Positions 16,524 through 28,500 of a stretch of 64,000 nt of DNA are shown piece by piece; positions within the stretch are counted from its first letter, which is position 1, and every line of letters begins with the position of its first letter. A program made the translations under genes and the position numbers. The DNA is taken from the NCBI RefSeq assembly GCF_009914755.1, contig NC_060925.1. The stretch is one strand, 5' to 3'. This stretch comes from the human T2T-CHM13v2.0 reference genome, Homo sapiens. The notes under the pieces were generated by a model. That model searched no databases. It was not told where the DNA came from and saw only the letters and a list, made by a program, of their open reading frames with translations.

Positions 16524-19500
16524 TGGCTGGCTGCCTGGCTTGGCTGTCTGGGCTGGCTGGCTGGCTTGGCTGGCTTGGCTGGCCGGGTGACTTTGCTGGC
16601 TTGAATGGCTGAGTGGATTGGCTAGCTTGGCTGGCCGGCTGGCTTGGCAGGCTGGATGGCTTGGCTGGCTTGGCTGGCAGGCTGGATTGGCTGGCTTGGC
16701 TGGCTTGGCTGGCTGGGTGGCTTGGCTGGCTTGGCTGGGTCGGTGGCTTGGCTGGCTTGGCTGCCTGGCCGGCTTGGCTGCCTTGGCTGTCTGGCCGGCT
16801 TGGTTGGCTGGCAGGCCGGCCGGCTTGGCTGGCTGGCTGGTTGGCTGGCTTGGCTAGCTGACTGGCTTGGCTGGTTGGCTGGCTTGGTTGGCTTGGCTGG
16901 CTGGCTTGGATGGCCGGGTGGCTTGTCTGGCTTGGCTAGCCGGCTGGCTTAGCTGGCTGGATGGCTTGGCTGGCATGCCTGTCTTGGCTGACTGGCTGGT
17001 TTTGCTGGCTTGGCTGCCTGGCTGGCTTGGCTGGCATGCCTGGCTTTGCTTGCTGGCTGGCTTGGCTGGCTTGGCTGCCTGGCTGGCTTGGCTGGCATGC
17101 CTGTCTTGGCTGGCTGGCGGGCTTGACTGGCTTGGCTGGCTTGGCTGCCTGGCTGGCTTGGCTGGCTTGGCTCGCTGGCTGGCTGGCTGGCAGGCCTGGC
17201 TGGCTAGGTGGCTTGGCTGGCTTGGCTGGCTGGGTGGCTTGGCTGGCTTGGCTGGCTGGGAGGCTTGGCTGGCTTGGCTGGCTGGCTGGCTGGCTGGCTG
17301 GCTTGGCTGGCTTGGGTGGCTTGGCTGGCTTGGGTGGCTGGCTGCCTGGCTGGCTGATTGGCTTGGCTGGCTTGGCTGGCTGGGTGGCTTGGCTGGCTGG
17401 GTGGCTTGGCTGGTTTGGCTGGCTGGCTGGCTGGGTGGCTTGGCTAGCTGGCTGGCTTGGCTGGTTGGCTGGCTTGGCTGGCTGGCTTGGCTGGTGGCTG
17501 GCTTGGCTGGCTTGGCTAGTTGGCTGGCTTGGCTGACAGCTGGCTGGGTATCTTGGGTGGCTTGGCTGGCTGGGTGGCTTGGCTGGTTTGGCTGGCTGGC
17601 TTGGCTGGCTGGCTTGCTGGCTTGCTTGGCTGGCTTGGCTGGCTGGCTGGCTTGGCTGTCTGGGCTGGCTGGCTGGCTTGCATGGCTTGGCTGGCTGGGT
17701 GGCTGACCGGCCTGGCTGGCTGGGTGGCTGGCTGGCTTGGCTGGCTGGGTGGCAGGCTGGCCTGGCTTGCTGTGTGGCTGGCTGGCTTGGCTGGCTGGGT
17801 GGCTGGGTGGCCTGGCTGGCTGGGTGGCTGGCTGGCTTGGCTGGCTGGCTGGCCTGCTGGCTGGCTTGGCTGGCTTGGCTGGCTGGGCGGCTTGGCTGGG
17901 CGGCTTGGCTGGCTGGGTGGCTTGGCTGGCTTGGCTGGCTTGGCTGTCTGGGCTGGCTGGCTGGCTTGCATGGCTTGGCTGGCTGGGTGGCTGACCGGCC
18001 TGGCTGGCTGGGTGGCTGGCTGGCTTGGCTGGCTGGGTGGCAGGCTGGCCTGGTTTGCTGTGTGGCTGGGTGGCTTGGCTGGCTTGGTTGCCTGGCTGGC
18101 TTGGCTGCCTGGCTGGCTTGGCTGTCAGGCCTGGCTTGGCCGGCTTGGCTGGCATGCCTGGCTTGGCTGGCTGGCTGGCTGGCTTGGTTGGCTTGGCTGG
18201 CTTGGCTGCCTGGCTGGCTTGGCTGGCTTGGCTCACTGGCTGGGTGGCTGGCCTGGCTAGCTGGGCGGCTTGGCTGGCTTGGCTGGCTGGGCGGCTTGGC
18301 TGGGTGGCTTGGCTGGCTTGGCTGGCTTGGCTGTCTGGGCTGGCTGGCTGGCTTGGCTGGCTTGGCTGGACAGGTGACTTGGCTGGCTTGAGTGGCTGAG
18401 TGGATTGGCTAGCTTGGCTGGCCAGCTGGCTTGGCTGTCTTGGCTGGCTGGGTTGCCTGGATGGCTTGGCAGGCTGGCTGGCTTGGCTGGCTTGGCTGTC
18501 TTGGCTGGCTGGGTTGCCTGGATGGCTTGGCAGGCTGGCTGGCTTGGCTGGCTTGGCTGGCAGGCTGGTTTGGCAGGCTTGGCTGTCTTGGCTGGCTGGG
18601 TTGCCTGGATGGCTTGGCAGGCTGGCTGGCTTGGCTGGCTTGGCTGGCTGGCTGGCTTGGCTGGTTGGCTGGCTTGGCTGCCTTGGGTGGCTATCAGGCT
18701 TGGCTGGCTTGGCTGGCTGTCTGTCTTGGCTGGCTTGGCTGGCTGGCAGGCTTGGCTGGCTTGGCTCGCTGGCTGGTTGGCTGGCGGGCCTTTCTTGCTG
18801 GGTGGCTTGGCTGGCCTGGCTGGCTCTGTGGCTTGACTGGCTTGGCTGGCTGCGTGGCTTGGCTGGCTTGGCTGGCTGGGAGGCTTGGCTGGCTGGCTGA
18901 CTGGCTTGGCTGGCTTGGCTGGCTGGGAGGCTTGGCTGGCTGGCTGCTTGGCTGGCTGACTGGCTTGGCTGGCTTGGCTGGTTGGGTGGCTTGGCTGGTT
19001 TGGCTGGCTGGCTGGCTGGGTGGCTTGGCTAGCTGGCTGGCTTGGCTGGCTTGGTTGGCTGGCTCTCTTGTTTGGTTGGCTGTCTTGGCTGCCTTGGCTG
19101 GCTGGCTGACTTGGCTGTGTGGGCTGGCTGGGTGGCTGGCTGGCCTGGCTGGCTGGGTGGCTAGCTGGCTTGGCTGGCTTGTCTGGCTTGGCTGGCTGGG
19201 TGGCAGGCTGGCCTGGCTGGCTGGATGGCTGGCTGGCTTGGCTGGCTGGGTGGCTGGCTGGCCTGGCCGGCTGGGTGGCTGGGTGGCTTGGCTGTCTGGC
19301 TGGCTTGCTGGCTGGCTTGGCTGGCTGGGTGGCTTGGCTGGCTTGGCTGGCTGGGTGGCTTGGCTGGCTTGGCTGTCTGGGCTGGCTGGCTGGCTTGGCT
19401 GGCTTGGCTGGCCGGGTGACTTGGCTGGCTTGAGTGGGTGAGTGGATTGGCTAGCTTGGCTGGCCGGCTGGCTTGGCAGGCTGGATGGCTTGGCTGGCTT

Positions 19501-22500
19501 GGCTGGCAGGCTGGTTTGGCTGGCGTGGCTGTCTTGGCTGGCTGGGTGGCTTGGCTGGGTCGGTGGCTTGGCTGGCTTGGCTGCCTGGCCGGCTTGGCTG
19601 CCTTGGCTGTCTGGCCGGCTTGGTTGGCTGGCAGGCCGGCCGGCTTGGCTGGCTGGCTGGTTGGCTGGCTTGGCTAGCTGACTGGCTTGGCTGGTTGGCT
19701 GGCTTGGCTGTCTTGGCTGGCTGGCTTGGCTAGCCGTGTGGCTTGGCTGGCTTGGGTAGCCGGCTGGCTTCGCTGACTGGATGGCTTGGCTGGCATGCCT
19801 GGCTTGGCTGGCTGGCTGGCTGGCTTGGCTGCCTGGCTGGCTTGGCTGTCTTGGCTCACTGGCTGGGTGGCTGGCCTGGCTAGTTGGGCGGCTTGGCTGG
19901 CTTGGCTGGCTGGGCGGCTTGGCTGGGCGGCTTGGCTGGCTTGGCTGGCTGGGTGGCTTGGCTGGCTTGGCTGGCTGGGAGGCTTGGCTGGCTTGGCTGG
20001 CTTGGCTGGCTTGGCTGTCTGGGCTGGCTGGCTGGCTTGGCTGTCTTGGCTGGCCGGGTGACTTGGCTGGCTTGAGTGGCTGAGTGGATTGGCTAGCTTG
20101 GCTGGCCGGCTGGCTTGGCAGGCTGGATGGCTTGGCTGGCTTGGCTGGCAGGCTGGTTTGGCTGGCTTGGCTGGCTTGGCTGGCTGGGTGGCTTGGCTGG
20201 CTTGGCTGGGTCGGTGGCTTGGTTGGCTTGGCTGCCTGGCCGGCTTGGCTGCCTTGGCTGTCTGGCCGGCTTGGTTGGCTGGCAGGCCGGCCGGCTTGGC
20301 TGGCTGGCTGGTTGGCTGGCTTGGCTAGCTGACTGTCTTGGCTGGTTGGCTGGCTTGGCTGGGTTGGCTGGCTGGCTTGGCCGGCCATGTGACTTGGCTG
20401 GCTTGGCTAGCTGACTGGCTTGACTGGTTGGCTGGCTTGGCTGGCTTGGCTGGCTTGGCTGGCCGGGTGGCTTGGCTGGCTTGGCTAGCCGGCTGGCTTA
20501 GCTGGCTGGATGGCTTGGCTGGCATGCCTGTCTTGGCTGGCTGGAGGTCTTGGCTGGCTTGGCTGGCTTGGCTGCCTGGGTGGCTTAGCTGGCTTGGCTT
20601 GCTGGCTGGCTGGCTGGTGGGCCTGGCTGGCTGGGTGGCTTGGCTGGCTTGGCTAGCCGGCTGGTTTAGCTGGCTGTATGGATTGGCTGGCATGCCCGGC
20701 TTTGCTTGCTGGCTGGCTTGGCTGCCTGGCTGGCTTGGCTGGCATGCCTGTCTTGGCTGGCTGGAGGTCTTGGCTGGCTTGGCTGGCTTGGCTGCCTGGC
20801 TGGCTTAGCTGGCTTGGCTCGCTGGTTGGCTGGCTGGCGGGCCTGGCTGGCTGGGTGGCTTGGGTGGCTTGGCTGGCTCTGTGGCTTGGCTGGCTTGGCT
20901 GGCTTGGCTGCCTGGCTGGCTTAGCTGGCTTGGCTCACTGGTTGGCTGGCTGGCGGGCCTGGCTGGCTGGGTGGCTTGGGTGGCTTGGCTGGCTGTGTGG
21001 CTTGGCTGGCTTGGCTGGCTGGGATGCTTGGCTGGATTGGCTCGCTGGCTCTCTTGGTTGGTTGGCTGGCTTGGCTGCCTTGGCTGGCTGGCTGACTTGG
21101 CTGTCTGGGTTGGCTGGGTTGCTGGCTGGCCTGGCTGGCTGGGTGGCTGAGTGGCTTGGCTGGCTTGGCTGGCTGGCTTGGCTGGTTGGTCAGCTTGGCT
21201 GGCTTGGGTGGCTATCAGGCTTGGCTGGCTTGGATGGCTGTCTGTCTGTCTTGGCTGGCTTGGATGGCTGGCAGGCTTGGCTGGCTGGCTTGGCTGGTGG
21301 CTGGCTTGGCTGGCTTGGCTTGTTGGCTGGCTTGGCTGACTGGCTGGCTGGGTATCTTGTGTGGCTTGGCTGGCTGGGTGGCTTGGCTGGTTTGGCTGGC
21401 TGGCTTGGCTGGCTGGCTGGCTTGCTGGCTTGCTTGGCTGGCTTGGCAGGCTGGCTGGCTTGGCTGTCTGGGCTGGCTGCCTGGCTTGCATGGCTTGGCT
21501 GGCTGGGTGGCTGACCGGCCTGGCTGGCTGGGTGGCTGGCTGGCTTGGCTGGCTGGGTGGCAGGCTGGCCTGGCTTGCTGTGTGGCTGGCTGGCTTGGCT
21601 GGCTGTGTGGCTGGCTGGCCTGGCTGGCTGGGTGGCTGGCTGGCTTGGCTGGCTGGCTGGCCTGCTGGCTGGCTTGGCTGGCTTGGCTGGCTGGGTGGCT
21701 TGGCTGGCTTGGTTGCCTGGCTGGCTTGGCTGCCTGGCCGGCTTGGCTGTCAGGCCTGGCTTGGCTGGCATGGCTGGCGTGGCTGGCTGGCTGGCATGCC
21801 TGGCTTGGCTGGCTGGCTGGCTGGCTTGGCTGGCTTGGCTGGCTTGGCTGGCTGGCTGTCTGGCTGGCTGACTGGCTTGGCTGGCTTGGCTGGCCGGGTG
21901 GCTTGGCTGGTTTGGCTGGCTGGCTGGCTGGGTGGCTTGGCTAGCCGGTGGCTTGGCTGGCTTGGCTCGCTGGCTCTCTTGGTTGGTTGGCTGACTTGGC
22001 TGCCTTGGCTGGCTGGCTGACTTGGCTGTCTGGGTTGGCTGGGTTGCTGGCTGGCCTGGCTGGCTGGGTGGCTGAGTGGCTTGGCTGGCTTGGCTGGCTG
22101 GCTTGGCTGGTTGGTCGGCTTGGCTGGCTTGGGTGGCTATCAGCCTTGGCTGGCTTGGCTGGCTGTCTGTCTGTCTTGGCTGGCTTGGATGGCTGGCAGG
22201 CTTGGCTGGCTTGGCTGGCTGGCTGGCCGGGTGGCTTGGCTGGTTTGGCTGCCCAGGTGGCTGGGCTGGCTTGGCTGGCCGTGTGGCTTGGCCGGCTTGG
22301 CTGGCCGAGTGGATTGGCTAGCTTCGCTGGCCGGATGGCTTGGCAGGATGGATGGCTTGGCTGGCTTGGCTGCCTTGGCTGGCTGGGTGGCTTGGCTGGC
22401 TTGGCTGGCTGGGTGGCAGGCTGGCCTGGCTTGCTGTGTGGCTGGCTGGCTTGGCTGGCTGGGTGGCTGGCTGGCCTGGCTGGCTGGGTGGCTGGCTGGC

Positions 22501-25500
22501 TTGGCTGGCTGGCTGGCCTGCTGGCTGGCTTGGCAGGCTTGGCTGGCTGGGTGGCTTGGCTGGCTTGGTTGCCTGGCTGGCTTGGCTGCCTGGCTGGCTT
22601 GGCTGTCAGGCCTGGCTTTGCTGGCTTGGCTGGCATGCCTGGCTTGGCTGGCTGGCTGGCTGGCTTGGCTGGCTTGGCTGGCTTGGCTGCCTGGCTGGCT
22701 TGGCTGGCTTGGCTCACTGGCTGGGTGGCTGGCCTGGCTAGCTGGGCGGCTTGGCTGGCTTGGCTGGCTGGGCGGCTTGGCTGGGCGGCTTGGCTGGCTT
22801 GGCTGGCTGGGTGGCTTGGCTGGCTTGGCTGGCTTGGCTGTCTGGGCTGGCTGGCTGGCTTGGCTGGCTTGGCTGGCCAGGTGACTTGGCTGGCTTGAGT
22901 GGCTGAGTGGATCGGCTAGCTTGGCTGGCCAGCTGGCTTGGCTATCTTGGCTGGCTGGGTTGCCTGGATGGCTTGGCAGGCTGGCTGGCTTGGCTGGCTT
23001 GGCTGGCAGGCTGGTTTGGCAGGCTTGGCTGTCTGGGCTGGCTGGGTGGCTGGCTGGCCTGGCTGGCTGGGTGGCTGGCTGGCCTGGCTGGCTGGGTGGC
23101 TAGCTGGCTTGGCTGGCTTGTCTGGCTTGGCTGGCTGGGTGGCAGGCTGGCCTGGCTGGCTGGATGGCTGGCTGGCTTGGCTGGCTGGGTGGCTGGCTGG
23201 CCTGGCTGTCTGGGTGGCTGGCTGGCTTGGCTGTCTGGCTGGCTTGCTGGCTGGCTTGGCTGGCTGGGTGGCTTGGCTGGCTTGGCTGGCTGGGTGGCTT
23301 GGCTGGCTTGGCTGTCTGGGCTGGCTGGCTGGCTTGGCTGGCTTGGCTGGCCGGGTGACTTGGCTGGCTTGAGTGGGTGAGTGGATTGGCTAGCTTGGCT
23401 GGCCGGCTGGCTTGGCAGGCTGGATGGCTTGGCTGGCTTGGCTGGCAGGCTGGTTTGGCTGGCGTGGCTGTCTTGGCTGGCTGGGTGGCTTGGCTGGGTC
23501 GGTGGCTTGGCTGGCTTGGCTGCCTGGCCGGCTTGGCTGCCTTGGCTGTCTGGCCGGCTTGGTTGGCTGGCAGGCCGGCCGGCTTGGCTGGCTGGCTGGT
23601 TGGCTGGCTTGGCTAGCTGACTGGCTTGGCTGGTTGGCTGGCTTGGCTGTCTTGGCTGGCTGGCTTGGCTGGCCGTGTGGCTTGGCTGGCTTGGGTAGCC
23701 GGCTGGCTTCGCTGACTGGATGGCTTGGCTGGCATGCCTGGCTTGGCTGGCTGGCTGGCTGGCTTGGCTCACTGGCTGGGTGGCTGGCCTGGCTAGTTGG
23801 GCGGCTTGGCTGGCTTGGCTGGCTGGGCGGCTTGGCTGGGTAGCTTGGCTGGCTTGGCTGGCTGGGTGGCTTGGCTGGCTTGGCTGGCTGGGAGGCTTGG
23901 CTGGCTTGGCCGGCTGGCTGGCCGGGTGGCTTGGCCGGCTGGCTGGCCGGGTGGCTTGGCCAGCTTGGCTGGCCGAGTGGATTGGCTAGCTTCGCTGGCC
24001 GGCTGGCTTGGCAGGATGGATGGCTTGGCTGGCTTGGCTGCCTTGGCTGGCTGGGTGGCTTGGCTGGCTTGGCTGCCTGGCTGGTTTGGCTGGCATGCCT
24101 GGCTTTGCTTGCTGGCTGGCTTGGCTGGCTTGGCTGCCTGGCTGGCTTGGCTGGCATGCCTGTCTTGGCTGGCTGGCGGGCTTGACTGTCTTGGCTGGCT
24201 TGGCTGCCTGGCTGGCTTGGCTGGCTTGGCTCGCTGGCTGGCTGGCTGGCAGGCCTGGCTGGCTAGGTGTCTTGGCTGGCTTGGCTGGCTGGGTGGCTTG
24301 GCTGGCTTGGCTGGCTGGGAGGCTTGGCTGGCTTGGCTGGCTGGCTGGCTGGCTTGGCTGGCTTGGGTGGCTGGCTGCCTGGCTGGCTGATTGGCTTGGC
24401 TGGCTTGGCTGGCTGGGTGGCTTGGCTCGCTGGGTGGCATGGCTGGTTTGGCTGGCTTTCTGGCTGGGTGGCTTGGCTAGCTGGCTGGCTTGGCTGGTTG
24501 GCTGGCTTGGCTGGCTTGGCTGGCTGGCTTGGCTGGTGGCTGGCTTGGCTGGCTTGGCTAGTTGGCTGGCTTGGCTGACTGGCTGGCTGGGTATCTTGGG
24601 TGGCTTGGCTGGCTGGGTGGCTTGGCTGGTTTGGCTGGCTTGGCTGGCTGGCTTGCTGGCTTGCTTGGCTGGCTTGGCTGGCTGGCTGGCTTGGCTGTCT
24701 GGGCTGGCTGGCTGGCTTGCATGGCTTGGCTGGCTGGGTGGCTGACCGGCCTGGCTGGCTGGGTGGCTGGCTGGCTTGGCTGGCTGGGTGGCAGGCTGGC
24801 CTGGCTTGCTGTGTGGCTGGCTGGCTTGGCTGGCTGTGTGGCTGGCTGGCCTGGCTGGCTGGGTGGCTGGCTGGCTTGGCTGGCTGGCTGGCCTGCTGGC
24901 TGGCTTGGCTGGCTTGGCTGGCTGGGTGGCTTGGCTGGCTTGGTTGCCTGGCTGGCTTGGCTGCCTGGCTGGCTTGGCTGTCAGGCCTGGCTTTGCTGGC
25001 TTGGCTGGCATGCCTGGCTTGGCTGGCTGGCTGGCTGGCTTGGCTGGCTTGGCTGGCTTGGCTGCCTGGCTGGCTTGGCTGGCTTGGCTCACTGGCTGGG
25101 TGGCTGGCCTGGCTAGCTGGGTGGCTTGGCTGGCTTGGCTGGCTGGGCGGCTTGGCTGGGCGGCTTGGCTGGCTTGGCTGGTTGGGTGGCTTGGCTGGCT
25201 TGGCTGTCTGGGCTGGCTGGCTGGCTTGGCTGGCTTGGCTGGCCAGGTGACTTGGCTGGCTTGAGTGGCTGAGTGGATTGGCTAGCTTGGCTGGCCGGCT
25301 GGCTTGGCTGTCTTGGCTGGCTGGGTTGCCTGGATGGCTTGGCAGGCTGGCTGGCTTGGCTGGCTTGGCTGGCAGGCTGGTTTGGCAGGCTTGGCTGTCT
25401 GGGCTGGCTGGGTGGCTGGCTGGCCTGGCTGGCTGGGTGGCTAGCTGGCTTGGCTGGCTTGTCTGGCTTGGCTGGCTGGGTGGCAGGCTGGCCTGGCTGG

Positions 25501-28500
25501 CTGGATGGCTGGCTGGCTTGGCTGGCTGGGTGGCTGGCTGGCCTGGCTGTCTGGGTGGCTGGCTGGCTTGGCTGTCTGGCTGGCTTGCTGGCTGGCTTGG
25601 CTGGCTGGGTGGCTTGGCTGGCTTGGCTGGCTGGGTGGCTTGGCTGGCTTCGCTGGCTGGCTGGTTTGGCTGGCGTGGCTGTCTTGGCTGTCTGGGTGGC
25701 TTGGCTGGCGTGGCTGTCTTGGCTGGCTGGGTGGCTTGGCTGGGTCGGTGGCTTGGCTGGCTTGGCTGCCTGGCCGGCTTGGCTGCCTTGGCTGTCTGGC
25801 CGGCTTGGTTGGCTGGCAGGCCGGCCGGCTTGGCTGGCTGGCTGGTTGGCTGGCTTGGCTAGCTGACTGGCTTGGCTGGTTGGCTGGCTTGGCTGTCTTG
25901 GCTGGCTGGCTTGGCTGGTTGGCTGGCTTGGCTGTCTTGGCTGGCTGGCTTGGCAGGCCGTGTGGCTTGGCTGGCTTGGCTAGCCAGCTGGCTTCGCTGA
26001 CTGGATGGCTTGGCTGGCATGCCTGGCTTGGCTGGCTGGCTGGCTGGCTTGGCTCACTGGCTGGGTGTCTGGCCTGGCTAGTTGGGCGGCTTGGCTGGCT
26101 TGGCTGGCTGGGCGGCTTGGCTGGGCAGCTTGGCTGGCTTGGCTGGCTGGGTGGCTTGGCTGGCTTGGCTGGCTGGGAGGCTTGGCTGGCTTGGCTGGCT
26201 TGGCTGTCTTGGCTGGCTGGCTGGCTTGGCTGGCCGGGTGACTTGGCTGGCTTGAGTGGCTGAGTGGATTGGCTAGCTTGGCTGGCCGGCTGGCTTGGCA
26301 GGCTGGATGGCTTGGCTGGCTTGGCTGGCAGGCTGGTTTGGCTGGCTTGGCTGGCTTGGCTGGCTGGGTGGCTTGGCTGGCTTGGCTGGGTCGATGGCTT
26401 GGTTGGCTTGGCTGCCTGGCTGGCTTGGCTGCCTTGGCTGTCTGGCCGGCTTGGTTGGCTGGCAGGCTGGCCGGCTTGACTGGCTGGCTGGTTGGCTGGC
26501 TTGGCTAGCTGACTGTCTTGGCTGGTTGGCTGGCTTGGCTGGGTTGGCTGGCTGGCTTGGCTGGCCGGGTGGCTTGGCTGGCTTGGCTAGCTGACTGGCT
26601 TGACTGGTTGGCTGGCTTGGCTGGCTTGGCTGGCTGGCTTGGCTGGCCGGGTGGCTTGGCTGGCTTGGCTAGCTGGCTGGCTTAGCTGGCTGGATGGCTT
26701 GGCTGGCATGCCTGGCTTGGCTGGCTGGCTGGCTTGGCTGGCTTGGCTGCCTGGCTGGCTTGGCTGGCATGGCTGGCTTTGCTGGCATGCCTGGCTTTGC
26801 TTGCTGGCTGGCTTGGCTGCCTGGCTGGCTTGGCTGGCATGCCTGTCTTGGCTGGCTGGAGGTCTTGGCTGGCTTGGCTGGCTTGGCTGCCTGGCTGGCT
26901 TAGCTGGGTTGGCTCGCTGGCTGGCTGGCTGGTGGGCCTGGCTGGCTGGGTGGTTTGGGTGGCTTGGCTGGCTGTGTGGCTTGGCTGGCTTGGCTGGCTG
27001 GGAGGCTTGGCTGGCTTGGCTGGCTGGCTGGCTGGGTGGCTTGGCTAGCTGGTGGCTTGGCTGTCTTGGCTCGCTGGCTCTCTTGGTTGGTTGGCTGGCT
27101 TGGCTGCTTTGGCTGGCTGGCTGACTTGGCTGTCTGGGTTGGCTGGGTTGCTGGCTGGCCTGGCTGGCTGGGTGGCTGAGTGGCTTGGCTGGCTTGGCCG
27201 GCTGGCTTGGCTGGTTGGTCGGCTTGGCTGGCTTGGGTGGCTATCAGCCTTGGCTGGCTTTGCTGGCTGTCTGTCTGTCTTGGCTGGCTTGGATGGCTGG
27301 CAGGCTTGGCAGGCTTGGCTGGCTGGCTGGCCAGGTGGCTTGGCTGGTTTGGCTGCCCAGGTGGCTGGGCTGGCTTGGCTGGCCGTGTGGCTTGGCCGGC
27401 TTGGCTGGCCGAGTGGATTGGCTAGCTTCGCTGGCCGGCTGGCTTGGCAGGATGGATGGCTTGCCTGGCTTGGCTGCCTTGGCTGGCTGGGTGGCTTGGC
27501 TGGCTTGGCTGCCTGGCTGGCTTGGCTGGCATGACTGGCTTTGCTTGCTGGCTGGCTTGGCTGGCTTGGCTGCCTGGCTGGCTTGGCTGGCATGCCTGTC
27601 TTGGCTGGCTGGCGGGCCTGGCTGGCTTGGCTGGCTTGGCTGCCTGGCTGGCTTGGCTGGCATGCCTGTCTTGGCTGGCTGGCGGGCTTGACTGGCTTGG
27701 CTGGCTTGGCTGCCTGGCTGGCTTGGCTGGCTTGGCTCGCTGGCTGGCTGGCTGGCAGGCCTGGCTGGCTAGGTGTCTTGGCTGGCTTGGCTGGCTGGGT
27801 GGCTTGGCTGGCTTGGCTGGCTGGGAGGCTTGGCTGGCTTGGGTGGCTTGGCTGGCTTGGGTGGCTGGCTGCCTGGCTGGCTGATTGGCTTGGCTGGCTT
27901 GGCTGGCTGGGTGGCTTGGCTGGCTGGGTGGCTTGGCTGGTTTGGCTGGCTGGCTGGCTGGGTGGCTTGGCTAGCTGACTGGCTTGGCTGGTTGGCTGGC
28001 TTGGCTGGCTTGGCTGGCTTGGCTGGCTGGCTTGGCTGGCCGGGTGGCTTGGCTGGCTTGGCTAGCCGGCTGGCTTCGCTGACTGGATGGCTTGGCTGGC
28101 ATGCCTGGCTTGGCTGACTGGCTGGTTTTGCTGGCTTGGCTGCCTGGCTGGCTTGGCTGGCATGCCTGGCTTTGCTTGCTGGCTGGCTTGGCTGGCTTGG
28201 CTGCCTGGCTGGCTTGGCTGGTATCCCTGTCTTGGCTGGCTGGCGGGCCTGGCTGGCTTGGCTGGCTTGGCTGCCTGGCTGGCTTGGCTGGCATGCCTGT
28301 CTTGGCTGGCTGGAGGGCCTGGCTGGCTTGGCTGGCTTGGCTGCCTGGCTGGCTTGGCTGGCTTGGCTCGCTGGCTGGCTGGCTGGCAGGCCTGGCTGGC
28401 TAGGTGTCTTGGCTGGCTTGGCTGGCTGGGTGGCTTGGCTGGCTTGGCTGGGTGGGAGGCTTGGCTGGCTTGGCTGGCTGGCTGGCTTGCCTGGTGGCTG